From: Paramoeba atlantica
Lineage: Eukaryota; Protista; Discosea
DNA length: 64,000 nucleotides
Assembly: GCA_977017575.1 (NCBI GenBank)
Contig: CDRNVI010000029.1
Location: 962,983 to 1,026,982, forward strand
Direction of reading: 5' to 3'
The notes beneath the pieces are model-generated. The model did no database searches and was not told the DNA's origin. It was given only the letters and a program-made list of their open reading frames with translations. This document shows positions 32,501 to 41,865 of this stretch, piece by piece; the first letter of the stretch is position 1; each line of letters opens with the position of its first letter. The position numbers were made by a program, and so were the translations under genes.

Positions 32501-34452
32501 TGCAAAATCCTAACCGCAAATTTCACCAGTAGCAGTGTATTAGAATGCCACAAAATGTTTGGCATTAGTACACGCGCGAGGCGCGCAATATCCCTTTGGG
32601 ACTCTCTTGGTACGTCCGCGCAACAGTATAACAAGTGACAAACCCGAACGATATTGGTGCATTCGGAATCATTCATCAGAAAAGATCGTTTAGGTGAAAC
32701 GTTCAACTGAGCATTCAATAAATTGGAAAGTTTTCGTATCACTGCGTTGATGCCGTCCAAATTCCGGAGCTTTGTATAGAAGACAACGAGTTTCGTTCCC
32801 AATGAGCTCTTCAGAAAACAACAAAGTCCACCAAGACTTGAAATTATTTTTGCTAGAAACTCTTCATCGAGCGCATGACTTTTGGTCAACTTCAGCTCAT
32901 GTATTGTTGACTCGTTCAGATGCATCTGACTAAGGATGCATGACACGGCGTCAATTCGGCGGTCTTGATTGTTCAACGTCTGTACAAGTGCAAGAACTGT
33001 TTCGTACATTTTTTTATTTAGTAGCCCATGTACTAAACTCCTCATGGAATCGTGGTCCGCATCGTTAAAATATCCTTTCGTAAGGCAAAGCGTGATCATG
33101 CCTTGTAGGGATACGAGGCATATATCACTTTTGCTATTCAAGAAAATAAGCAACGTGTCGATATATTCTCGAGGCGCATACGACAGGCTTATAGCACTAT
33201 TCTTGAGAATTGATTTTGCTGCTGCAAAAGCCGCTTTTTCTGTCGCACACGAAGTAGACTGCAGGCAAGAAGGGTTTTCTTTCGCAATATTCCAGGGTAG
33301 ACTAGTGATGGCTAAGGCGGCACGTAATAGTGGTGTGCAACTTGATGCGTTTCGGTTGTTTAATATTAATTCCACAAGCTCATGTCCGGATCGTGACGCC
33401 TCCGACACGTAAAAAAGTCTTTGCGTGAGCGATTTGGAAAGGATTGAGGAATGAATAAGCGCTTTGGTGATTGTGGTAGATGAGTGCAACAGTCTGCATT
33501 CGGCGAAAGTCTGCAAAATGGTTGAGGACTGCTCTGATGTGAATTGATGACTCAGTCGGAGAGCCTGCACACTGAGACTAGCAAGCTCTTTTGATAGTCC
33601 GTAGTGACTCAATGCAAAGCACAGACGCGTATAGTCGCGAACGTCGAGGTATCCCACACCGTGAAGTAGCGCCCAGGTTATCCAGTTCGGTAAGTTATCA
33701 CTAGAAAGACCAAGAAAAGCGTAACAATAAAGACAATTGATCAAATCTTTAATTAGTTGAGAAGAAACAGTCTTTGCCGAAAGAGATCTGAAATTTCGGA
33801 GTAAGCAGAGAGCAAAATGCACCTGTACTTCCGTCGCTGTAATAGAAGGAAATTCTTTACAGACTTTAATCATGGATTGCGAATGAAATCTTATTTTCTG
33901 CGCCGTCGAGAGTTTATTCTTTTCACCTTCTAGATCTGCCCAGGTGACATTTCCCAGGGGTTTGACTTCGCTAACGCCCACATCATTGGTTTTGCTCAAG
34001 TTCTCCACTCTCTGCAATGAATCTTTTCGCGCTCCTTGGGTGGAGAAATTTTCATTTTTCTTGTTCACTCTTCTTGTGTTCGAGTATGGTATTTTGGAAT
34101 CGAGCGTTGCACCCGTTGAGTTCTGGTTCATTAAGTGCCACCTCCCTTGAGTAGCTCCAGATGCACCGCGTGGCATTCGTTCAGTACTTGATGAACGGAA
34201 ACCCTGTTTTGTTGAACGATCGCCAAATGTCTTGTTTTGAGAAAAGCGTGAATCCTTTTTCGCAGGTGCGTTGGCGTAGAAAAGACGTGTAAGCCGCCAA
34301 AGATGCGTGTGCAACGTCGGCTCATTAAATTCGGTGCCAGTATTCCTAGTGGCGGATAATACAATGGCGTGTACTCGAGAAAGAGACGAAGCACAAGACA
34401 CTGACCTCTGAGCTACCGCTAGTAAATTTGATCTGTCCATAGATATTCGCAA
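29518..34452 (-). CDS. Large hypothetical helical-repeat protein (1644 aa), probably mitochondrial
   Basis: Long uninterrupted ORF, Leu-rich amphipathic helices, Arg/Ser-rich N-terminus. Confidence 0.75.
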   Translation of the reverse strand: MRISMDRSNLLAVAQRSVSCASSLSRVHAIVLSATRNTGTEFNEPTLHTHLWRLTRLFYANAPAKKDSRFSQNKTFGDRSTKQGFRSSSTERMPRGASGATQGRWHLMNQNSTGATLDSKIPYSNTRRVNKKNENFSTQGARKDSLQRVENLSKTNDVGVSEVKPLGNVTWADLEGEKNKLSTAQKIRFHSQSMIKVCKEFPSITATEVQVHFALCLLRNFRSLSAKTVSSQLIKDLINCLYCYAFLGLSSDNLPNWITWALLHGVGYLDVRDYTRLCFALSHYGLSKELASLSVQALRLSHQFTSEQSSTILQTFAECRLLHSSTTITKALIHSSILSKSLTQRLFYVSEASRSGHELVELILNNRNASSCTPLLRAALAITSLPWNIAKENPSCLQSTSCATEKAAFAAAKSILKNSAISLSYAPREYIDTLLIFLNSKSDICLVSLQGMITLCLTKGYFNDADHDSMRSLVHGLLNKKMYETVLALVQTLNNQDRRIDAVSCILSQMHLNESTIHELKLTKSHALDEEFLAKIISSLGGLCCFLKSSLGTKLVVFYTKLRNLDGINAVIRKLSNLLNAQLNVSPKRSFLMNDSECTNIVRVCHLLYCCADVPRESQRDIARLARVLMPNILWHSNTLLLVKFAVRILQDQDYSQHTHITQNMKIAIANKISPHDCLYLFQVFIKIVTPNKDILKALLEKIPIAVVAQTVPLSPFASNLYIDVLKDRRSEMTFRVIWPLLSDRSNYRLVSFQSLSQFVWAATHNDKKTAAVVLEVILAFGRRDAYDFEWISQDAHCLVYLRTKNMKDVAHMVYLLSRSETGVEILGTLMKVIEPFVIQCIRSKSLDASEIPFLIRGVFLQAKWKSENIRKEIDNAYFSTRGLLKSDSTIQTAYAYTVLGYPSVKCIKQLSSLILTNGFAESISWIASIAKQFSITLDRDLQDACISRLREIEINPVQLARILNSWESLNSEKDLDFAEFSSSLVCCTSFEEYSASTLTNLIVQLVRHSYDAREEVKIHLIKSFHQISLNEENIGSVVLCLSRIGADLSNTTQKTVRILKTGSHLSSQQLGYLLKAYTKGEEMSCRVVEAILPHMHRLLPSMNSMEFTQFCLPMFRYENLPYEVGELLCGSMEKKLPLLSSAQATRMCAAVGQPYFHDANLLHDLKQKVFPGVQILKLQELVVFMANECMNHSPDEMLLLRKCFHRLLKEGTAMDCNWSLQTLSKAPRRVGISQILWILRDLAPRLNGYEVTTLLSTLAACGICESTEVWQPLVDRLRTISGTSWKGNHLLTLMNTMLRYQEKIQQPLHNIIKVLLEKCVINGSFLVQIIDFCHRWAALLQPHTVMLIGEYALSFAKGSHPRKDIVLSLCAASKLPGLDLGNMKNQLTYLCSALQGEDMATVLLYHPCAAQYLPLRDVQCTTLPWQDMNTLASIVNATCSTFDDNDEAHMSLSRKEILHHMETLINESMSSSSPEGEQETRYAITPTSATMIVRAYDGADLPKLLRITKLILTRGRTIMFRVPSSLCLEALRSVTQLQKSSFAETYQMLDTVVPNLTHRTLEALDTFSFATLTDLLSTLQALDIDDEEAVVKVLRRILECKDAVLNYPEKLPSLLASIEYFGPHLARRTYTTLQRLHAIPQLF

Positions 34453-34904
34453 GTGTTCCTAATCGATTAACGGTGAAACGCTTACTTATTGTTTATGCAT
34501 ATTTTCTAGTTTCAAAATTTAGATATTAGGAAAAAGGCCTTTGACGGACACGAGGTTGTCTATGCAACGAAATTACTAACGTCAATGCATCACCCAACGC
34601 CATATTCTTTTCGCCATGCGATACAGATTTCAAAATTTTAAGGAGATTGGAGAAAACTAATGTACTTTTTTTGTGCTATTTTTACAACGTACACTGAACG
34701 CATTGATCAAGTAAGCAAATATTCAGCTTATGCGAATACATGAGTCTAATGCAGAACGAATCCTCGCTTCGAATTCTTTTAAAAGACAGGTCAACATAAC
34801 ATCATCGCAAACGGCTTTAAAAACAATCATAACCACGTGACATACATACAGGAACATAAATGTATACCTAATCTTTCAAACGGAATACAGGCGCGTCGCG
34901 TGTT

Positions 34905-37670
34905 CTACTCGACCTTCACATAATACAGCTCATTGGTCGCGGGATGAAACCACGTAGTATTATCTTCCTCACCCACACGGTAAAAATAGTACTGTTTTCC
35001 CATTGAATTCTTTTGAAACGTCCACCCCTCCGGAAGCACCGGAAAGTCCGCACAGGACTCCGGTACTTTCCGCTCTGCCGCACGCTCCTCTCCTCCCTTT
35101 TCCTTCTCTTCCCTCCTCCCCGTATTCCCCTCCACCCCCCTCGGTGGCGACCTCTCTCGGGTTCGCCTCTCCTCCCTGTGGTATCGCCCTCCTTCCTCTT
35201 TGCCGCCATATGACCGCTGTCTCTCCTCATAGTCCCTCTCCCCATACCCTGTCCGTCGCCGTACCTCGCGACCGTACCTCCCCTCTCCCTCCTCCCCCCT
35301 TCGTCGGTCATAGCGCTCTCGACTTACGCGCTCTCGACTTCTTCTCTCACGGGAGCGGTCCCGACCGGACCGTCGATGACGACTGTACGACCGACGGGTC
35401 TCCCGTGAAGGGGTTGAGCGTCGCGTATCAGAGGTACGCGTCGTCCACCTCTTCGTCTTCGAAGGACTCCTGTCGTACGGACCGCTTCCCTTATGATCCA
35501 ATGAGGAGGGGATCACAGGATTTGAAGGCGGATCCCTCTGAGCCTCACTACGGCTGTGAGCTCTTCCCTCACGCGATCCTGTGGAGGCCGTGGTCACAGG
35601 ATCCGTGGACTCCCCCCGTTTAGATTCACACCTACGGTTCGGACCACTTTCTTTGTGATGCGAACCGTAGGAGGAGGAGAGTTCGGGATGGGAAGATTCG
35701 TTTGGTTTATGCGTTTCCCTTTGTTGTTCTCTTGTTTCGTTCTCTCCCTTTTCATGCTGTCCTGGTTCTCGGTAGTGTCGAGAAGAGGAAGGGGAAGAAG
35801 TAGTAGAAGAGGAATAAGCAGAGGCATCGGGTCGTGCCCGCTCCTCTGGGTACGCGTGTACCCGGGAGTGGTCTCTGCTGTGGTCTCTGGTGTCTCGAGG
35901 GGGGTAGCGGTGGTCCGTGCTTGTTGCTGGAGCGTGTCTGCGGTCTGTAGGGTTTACCGCAGGATGGTTTCGTTGGTTATACGAAGGGGGTAGGGGGCGA
36001 GCGCCCCAACGGGAGGAGGGAGGAGGGGGAGGCCCATGGGATGGATGCCACCCTCGGGAATCTGGAGGATAAGACCGGCCGCCGTGGGGAGGGTAGGACA
36101 TAGGGGGGTAGGCGACATAGGCTCCTGTGCGATGGTGAGGAGGAGGAGGAGGAGGAGCATGACCTCGAGGGGGGAGGGATCCGGGATATCCATGCACTCT
36201 GCCGCCGTCCGATCGACCTCGAGGGGAGGGGGCGGGGGGAGGTGGTGGAGGGGGCGCAGCGGCTTGGGCGGCTCGTTGGGCGGCTATTCGCTCTTGCTGC
36301 TCACGGGCTCGCCTTTCAGCGTGCTCGCGGATGGGGTCTCCCGGGAGTCGTGATGGGGTGGTGAGCATTTTACCCTTCGTCTTGGATTCTTGTAACAACA
36401 AGGCGCGAAGATCCTCCACGACGCCGTAGAAGCTGATATTCAGCCCGCTGTCGACCGTTTGCAACAACGCTTGGGACGCACTTTGGGGGTCTTGAAACTG
36501 AATAATAGCTACGGGAAAGTACTCGTCGGGTAGGAAGGAGGCGCTAACATAACCTTCACACTCTTGAAACATGTACTGTACATCTTCCAGACCAACATTT
36601 TCGGCGATGTTTCGCAAGACAAGCGAATCACTTCTGCGGTCAAGATCCCAGGTAGAGATGCTCAAGTCTTCCACATTTTTCGGCATTCTATACGGGTCAT
36701 AAATAGATGCAGCGCCCAGCTGCTTGGAACACACTTCATCCTTCAGATGTGCGTAGCGACACTCCGCGCCCATGCGACAGACCATCTTTTTTTTCGGATC
36801 AAAACGTTTGCAAGGTCTAAGAAAAACACCTTTACCCGTCTGGCCTTTGCTAAGAAAGTACTCGCTAATCCCCTCCGTGTGCAGTAGCTCATCTGTGCTA
36901 AACAACATCTGCCCACGCGGTGTGTCTACACTTACCGGCAATGGAGGATCCTCCAACCGAGTCCTCACAGGCTCCTCGTTGGAAATCGACGGGTTTCGTC
37001 GCGCGGTCTGGGCTTTCTCGAATGCCTCGCCCAGACCCCCGAAGGATGTGTGGCAGAGTACAATATCGTAGTACCGTCGATTTTGGTCAACAAAGAAATT
37101 GGGGCGATTAGGTAGGTTGTGTACTTTGGCGACCTGCTCCGCCCTTTCTGTGGTGTCAAGGTAAATACACATCCAGGCCCAGCGTGGCTCAGCACAATCC
37201 GGGTCGGGGCACATAGGCTCCATTAGACGAAGATGGGGGCGAAAGGTCGCACTAATGTAGTGAAAAACTGCGTGTTCGGTAAGATGTGACTGAGGAAGTG
37301 AACGAACACCAAACAGCACCGCTTTATCGAGCTTCTTTTCATAACCTGGTGTAGGTGCGTAGTAATGTACATTAGGATTTATCTCCTGAGGCGCTGACTC
37401 AGTGGCTGGGGGTCCGGTAGAGTTTGAAACATTCTCGGATGTAGATACTGGTGGGGCGGTCTCAGAGATTTCTTCCTCCTTCGGTGTATTGTCTCCATTC
37501 ACAGCTTTTTCGGTGACGCATGATTTTTCCGGATTCACCCCACCCTCATCCTCCGGGTTTTGCGCTGGTTCTGATGCGGTGTATGACTTGATGTCATCGT
37601 GGGGTGCCTCTTGAATAATCTCGGAGTCCGGGGTGTCAAGGCAGGGATGCGTCTCTTCGGGTTCTGACAT
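34905..37670 (-). CDS. RNA-binding protein: CCCH zinc finger + RRM + Pro-rich and R/E/S-rich regions + C-terminal WW domain
   Basis: CKRFDPKKKMVCRMGAECRYAH; LVLRNIAENVGLEDV...AIIQF; LPEGWTFQKNSMGKQYYF...TTWFHP. Confidence 0.75.
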   Translation of the reverse strand: MSEPEETHPCLDTPDSEIIQEAPHDDIKSYTASEPAQNPEDEGGVNPEKSCVTEKAVNGDNTPKEEEISETAPPVSTSENVSNSTGPPATESAPQEINPNVHYYAPTPGYEKKLDKAVLFGVRSLPQSHLTEHAVFHYISATFRPHLRLMEPMCPDPDCAEPRWAWMCIYLDTTERAEQVAKVHNLPNRPNFFVDQNRRYYDIVLCHTSFGGLGEAFEKAQTARRNPSISNEEPVRTRLEDPPLPVSVDTPRGQMLFSTDELLHTEGISEYFLSKGQTGKGVFLRPCKRFDPKKKMVCRMGAECRYAHLKDEVCSKQLGAASIYDPYRMPKNVEDLSISTWDLDRRSDSLVLRNIAENVGLEDVQYMFQECEGYVSASFLPDEYFPVAIIQFQDPQSASQALLQTVDSGLNISFYGVVEDLRALLLQESKTKGKMLTTPSRLPGDPIREHAERRAREQQERIAAQRAAQAAAPPPPPPPAPSPRGRSDGGRVHGYPGSLPPRGHAPPPPPPHHRTGAYVAYPPMSYPPHGGRSYPPDSRGWHPSHGPPPPPSSRWGARPLPPSYNQRNHPAVNPTDRRHAPATSTDHRYPPRDTRDHSRDHSRVHAYPEERARPDASAYSSSTTSSPSSSRHYREPGQHEKGENETREQQRETHKPNESSHPELSSSYGSHHKESGPNRRCESKRGESTDPVTTASTGSREGRAHSRSEAQRDPPSNPVIPSSLDHKGSGPYDRSPSKTKRWTTRTSDTRRSTPSRETRRSYSRHRRSGRDRSRERRSRERVSRERYDRRRGEEGEGRYGREVRRRTGYGERDYEERQRSYGGKEEGGRYHREERRTRERSPPRGVEGNTGRREEKEKGGEERAAERKVPESCADFPVLPEGWTFQKNSMGKQYYFYRVGEEDNTTWFHPATNELYYVKVE

Positions 37671-37914
37671 TGTCTGTATGAGGAAGTTTAATCACTATTT
37701 CTAACAACAAACATCGAATGTTAACCCGTATAAAGTTTATACATCCGTACAGCATCTACAGTACATCGCCGTATTAATAGGAGGTTTATTCTCAAAACAC
37801 CTCTCTTTGAAAGAAGCGGTCGACGTACGTCATTAGTATAAATCATTAAAATAGAGGAACATGGGATGAGAAACAGAAAAATCATGCTTGTTTTCGGCTT
37901 CCACCAGTGTACCT

Positions 37915-39048
37915 CTACTTCTCATACTGTCGTATAATCTCAAGGATTGGTCGAAACCATTCCGAGAGATCCAGCGGGTCCCCTCGGTGTGTCGCCTCTA
38001 CCAGCGTTCGTAGTGTCGGGGGGTCCATCGTTGGGTCAAATGTGTCAACCGTATGCTCGGGAATCGGGCAGCATAGCCGACCCGTTCCCGGGTGTATCAC
38101 CAGAGGACTTTTCAACAAGTGGTTTCGCATGCGTGAAACATTCACGTCAAGTCGGGGATAGGTAGTGGCCAGCACAAGTCCCTCCACAGCCCATAATAAA
38201 TTGTGCGACTTGGCAGTTGCACACAGATCGGAGTAGCGTAGACCATGTCGGTCCAAAGCCTCTACTACTCTCTCCACGTTCTTGAGACCAGACGCCACAC
38301 GCAACAGGTATGCAGAGAGTGCCTGGCGAGTTTTCTCATTGCTTGCGACGCAGTTCTTATTGCTTGGGTTAAGATAAGTGGCCTCAAAGCTGTTCGCGAG
38401 GTGTTTCTCCAGTACAAGACGAATACTGGGGTGCAGCCATCCTTTTTTTCGTAGCTCCGTGTCGCAGTTCGTTGCGAAACTAAATGGGTCTGTGCCACCC
38501 TCGTATACCGTGAGGTACCCGACGAGCGCATTTCGCTCATCGTCGGTCAGTTGTCGTGCACTCTCGTCACATACCCAGGCATGAACACCACGACGACCAC
38601 TGTACACCCAGAACAGTTGCGAGAAGCCTAAATCATGTCGAATCAGCTCGGACAAGGCGTGGACGGCACTTGCGATCAGAGGCCAACACTCGACGCAGAT
38701 GGTCTTCTCCGAGCAACAATCGCGTACATTGTCGTAGTCGCTGATGTCGATGTCGAACACAAGTTCACGTTGTTCGGGAGTGAGTGTGAGGGCACCTTTG
38801 CGCTCACACGGATGGGAGAAAATCGCGCCAAAGTCAATCTTTTCCGGTACCATCCGGATTAACTCCGCGTGCAGAGCATCGGCGTTGGGAAAGGTCATAA
38901 AGCGCTTGACAAAACTTCCCCCGGCAAAGCTAAACTCACGGTTTAAAAGTAGGGAGGGCACGCCGTACGATAGCCACTGCGAGATGAGCCTTACTGGAAA
39001 AATACGATTGTAATACTCCTGCAAGTCATTTTTATCCACCGCGGACAT
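37915..39048 (-). CDS. PRI1: DNA primase small (catalytic) subunit
   Basis: REFSF, ELVFDIDISDYD, VYSGRRGVHAWV, YPRLD.NVS..NHLLKSP..IHP.TG. Confidence 0.95.
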   Translation of the reverse strand: MSAVDKNDLQEYYNRIFPVRLISQWLSYGVPSLLLNREFSFAGGSFVKRFMTFPNADALHAELIRMVPEKIDFGAIFSHPCERKGALTLTPEQRELVFDIDISDYDNVRDCCSEKTICVECWPLIASAVHALSELIRHDLGFSQLFWVYSGRRGVHAWVCDESARQLTDDERNALVGYLTVYEGGTDPFSFATNCDTELRKKGWLHPSIRLVLEKHLANSFEATYLNPSNKNCVASNEKTRQALSAYLLRVASGLKNVERVVEALDRHGLRYSDLCATAKSHNLLWAVEGLVLATTYPRLDVNVSRMRNHLLKSPLVIHPGTGRLCCPIPEHTVDTFDPTMDPPTLRTLVEATHRGDPLDLSEWFRPILEIIRQYEK

Positions 39049-39205
39049 TGAAGAAAACGAAGTACGTGGAATGTAAAACTACGGAACCATTTCCTTAAAA
39101 TATAAACCGCCCAGAGACGTACAACTTACTGTATGCATTTAGAAATTTGTCAAAAGAAAGCTCAAAGAAATTATATGTAACTCGCAACTATACCATCCAT
39201 TTTCC

Positions 39206-40408
39206 CTACTCTGCATCCTCTGTGGGGGCGCCTTCCTCCATTCCTGTATCCTCATCGATGCAAATAAGATTCTCTTCTTCGTCGACACCTGCCATTTCCT
39301 TTGACTCGGCATTCGCCGCCGGCACGGGGTCTTGCGCATCCTTCCCCTTTCCCACCCCGAGCCTTGGTTGTACCCATTGAAACTGTTTCCGAAACGTCCG
39401 CGTGCGTTTCTTCTCATCCGCGTCCAACCTCTCCTGCACATACCGCACCCACCCCCTACACTTCCTCTTCGCCAACGCAATCGCCCTCTCCAACACCGCT
39501 CTCGACACCGCCACCCCTCCCACCTTGCTCACCCCACACAACTCCCCATGCGGATTCACCAACACCCGGATCACCGCCACCACCACCGCGGCCATCTCCC
39601 GATTCGTGGGATCCACCAACAACCCCTCCCCGGGGGTTACCCCAACACTCACACACAACGGCACATGGTGCATCACGAAACCCACAGGGTCACGTTCCGG
39701 GGCCACCCGTACCCCCGACCGAAACGGAAACTCCATTTCCCCGTTGTTGTTTTTTTTCTTCCTCTTTATCTTCCCTGTCCCCTCGCCTTGCTCCTCCCCC
39801 GCCCTCACCACCGCGGGTCGCCGAAAGTGCCGCAGGGCCGCCACCCCGCACAGCACCACGGCGTCCCACAGGTTCCCCTCATCGGCGAGCACCGTCACCT
39901 CCACCCGCACGCTCCCCACCACCTCCCCGGGGACCACCACGAGGAGGGAGGGGTCGAGGGCCCCGGAGGAGCGCACCACGTGCTCGAGGGTGGTGGTGAG
40001 GTCAAGGCAGAGGGGGGGGGAGGCGGAGGAACCACTACCACTCGTGGTGGGAGAAGAAGAAGACTTGGCCATCTTGGGGGTACTCATGAAGGCGGGGGGA
40101 GTGGTCGTCGTAGATAAGGAAGAAGATACAGAAGAGGCCGCGGGTAGGTGGGGGGAGAGGGTTACGGCGAACTCGAGGAGGCCGAGATGGGGGGACTCGG
40201 GGGGGGGCTCGACGAGGGTGTAGGCGACGGTGGCGGCGACGGTGGTGGCGCCGAGGGTGAGGGTGGTGGAGGCGGCGGTGGGGGTGGGGGGGAGGGTGAG
40301 GGTGAGGGGACGGTGCTGGGTGGGGGTGCGGAGGTCGTGGCGGAGGGGGGAGGGGGGGGAGAGGGCGGTGCGGAGGAGACGGGTGGAGGAGGGGGTGGGG
40401 ATGTCCAT
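39206..40408 (-). CDS. RRP45: Exosome core subunit RRP45 (EXOSC9), RNase PH fold
   Basis: LGATTV, DEGNLWDAV...ALRHFRRP, PLCVSVG, DPTNRE, GELCGVSK.GG; ATG 40408 follows a pyrimidine tract and AG. Confidence 0.88.
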   Translation of the reverse strand: MDIPTPSSTRLLRTALSPPSPLRHDLRTPTQHRPLTLTLPPTPTAASTTLTLGATTVAATVAYTLVEPPPESPHLGLLEFAVTLSPHLPAASSVSSSLSTTTTPPAFMSTPKMAKSSSSPTTSGSGSSASPPLCLDLTTTLEHVVRSSGALDPSLLVVVPGEVVGSVRVEVTVLADEGNLWDAVVLCGVAALRHFRRPAVVRAGEEQGEGTGKIKRKKKNNNGEMEFPFRSGVRVAPERDPVGFVMHHVPLCVSVGVTPGEGLLVDPTNREMAAVVVAVIRVLVNPHGELCGVSKVGGVAVSRAVLERAIALAKRKCRGWVRYVQERLDADEKKRTRTFRKQFQWVQPRLGVGKGKDAQDPVPAANAESKEMAGVDEEENLICIDEDTGMEEGAPTEDAE

Positions 40409-40580
40409 GGAGGGGAGAGGGGAGGGGAGGGAAGGGAAGAGGAAAGGAAAACGGGTTGCTATTTTGGAGGAAAAACGGAGGGTAGAATGGGATAGAGAGA
40501 GAAAAAATCGAAGTGCAAAAAAGTGAATGATTTTCAGTTTTATTTTAGACAAAATATCCGCTACAAGGACTGAACCTGGT

Positions 40581-41318
40581 TTAGTCTAATCGTAGTTTTT
40601 GAAGTAACAGGTCTCGAAACTGCTCTATGCTGGGGTCCGTACTGCCGCACTCCTCCCACCCCACCATGCGATCGATGCAGTTGTCGTCACGAAAGAAAAC
40701 GACACAGGGCAGTACCGTGACGCCGAGCTTGTCGGTGAGAAAGGGAGATTTCTCTGCGTTAATTTTTACGAATCGTATGGACCGCATTTCCGGTGCCGTC
40801 AGAGACAGCAGGCGGTCCATCTTCTCACACGTGGAAAACTTGGGGTGAAAAAAGTGAATCACGGCACAATCACTACCCCCGTAGGTACGCAACACGACGC
40901 GAAAAAACTCATCCTCGGTAATCTCGCAATAACCTCCGTGATGGGCGGCTTGCTCTACTTTTCGCTTCAGTGCGGCTGCCCTCTCTGCCCTCCAGAGCCG
41001 CAGCTCACTTTCTTCCTCGTCCATCCTGGTTTCTGTGTCACCGGATGGAGAGGAAGTTTTCCGATCTGACTTTCCATACGTGTAGGTCTCCTGTTTTGAA
41101 TCCTGTGGTGTGGTACGAGGGAGCAGGTGCGCAGCGGTTGGAATCACATCCCCCAAGGGGTCGCGCGTCGCAATGTAAGATTCAGACTTCATTTGTTCAA
41201 TCGCCCCTTGGAGGGCATGTCCTGCGTCTACATTGGCCGATTCTGAAAGTAAGCCGCTTGATTTCATTGTGATGTTGAATACTGGAAAAATAGTTTTGCT
41301 TGAAGGTTTTGCTTTCAC
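40581..41318 (-). CDS. Phosducin-like/thioredoxin-domain protein (PhLP3/TXNDC9-like); start uncertain
   Basis: HGGYCEITEDEFF, VIHFFHP.F..C..MD..L, FVKINAEKSPFL..KL.V.VLP. Confidence 0.85.
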   Translation of the reverse strand: MKAKPSSKTIFPVFNITMKSSGLLSESANVDAGHALQGAIEQMKSESYIATRDPLGDVIPTAAHLLPRTTPQDSKQETYTYGKSDRKTSSPSGDTETRMDEEESELRLWRAERAAALKRKVEQAAHHGGYCEITEDEFFRVVLRTYGGSDCAVIHFFHPKFSTCEKMDRLLSLTAPEMRSIRFVKINAEKSPFLTDKLGVTVLPCVVFFRDDNCIDRMVGWEECGSTDPSIEQFRDLLLQKLRLD

Positions 41319-41865
41319 GGCGCAAGTAAAATAAAGAATGATGATTGGTACGTGAATATTCGTAAATATACAAATCTCATATCCGTGCGGTCAGTACGAG
41401 CCAGGTTACGCCAAGAATACTTGGACGAAGCACTACTGAATTAAACGAATATTTGTGTCAATGAAACAGAGGAAATAACGACAAGTTGAAAATGACAAGA
41501 TCTCGAATGTTAAACAAACTTCAGTTTTGTGCAACTAAGAATCTTACTTACCACAACCGAAAAAGTTTTTGTAAAGAACGCTTATTTAATAATTAAGCCC
41601 ATGGCAAAAAAATGAAGAATGCGAGTTATTTATAACTTGGTCGCCCTAACTCCTTTTTTCTGGGTGCAGCACACGATTCATGGAGCGATTGGCCTACTGC
41701 TACGGCTTGCAGTATTTTTGTCTTTCTAATATTTAGCCTATTTTTTAACGAAAAGGCATACATCTTTTTTTTCAAAGAATTGCTGTTTTCGAAAGAGGCA
41801 TCAAAAATAAATGAATTTTCTCTAGTACACGTATTCGGGGTCGTGTATTTCCCCATTACTTCACT

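Noticed and set aside
41338-41440. ATGATGA...CTGA pair as a C/D snoRNA
   Set aside because: On the non-transcribed strand, single copy, no recognisable rRNA guide.
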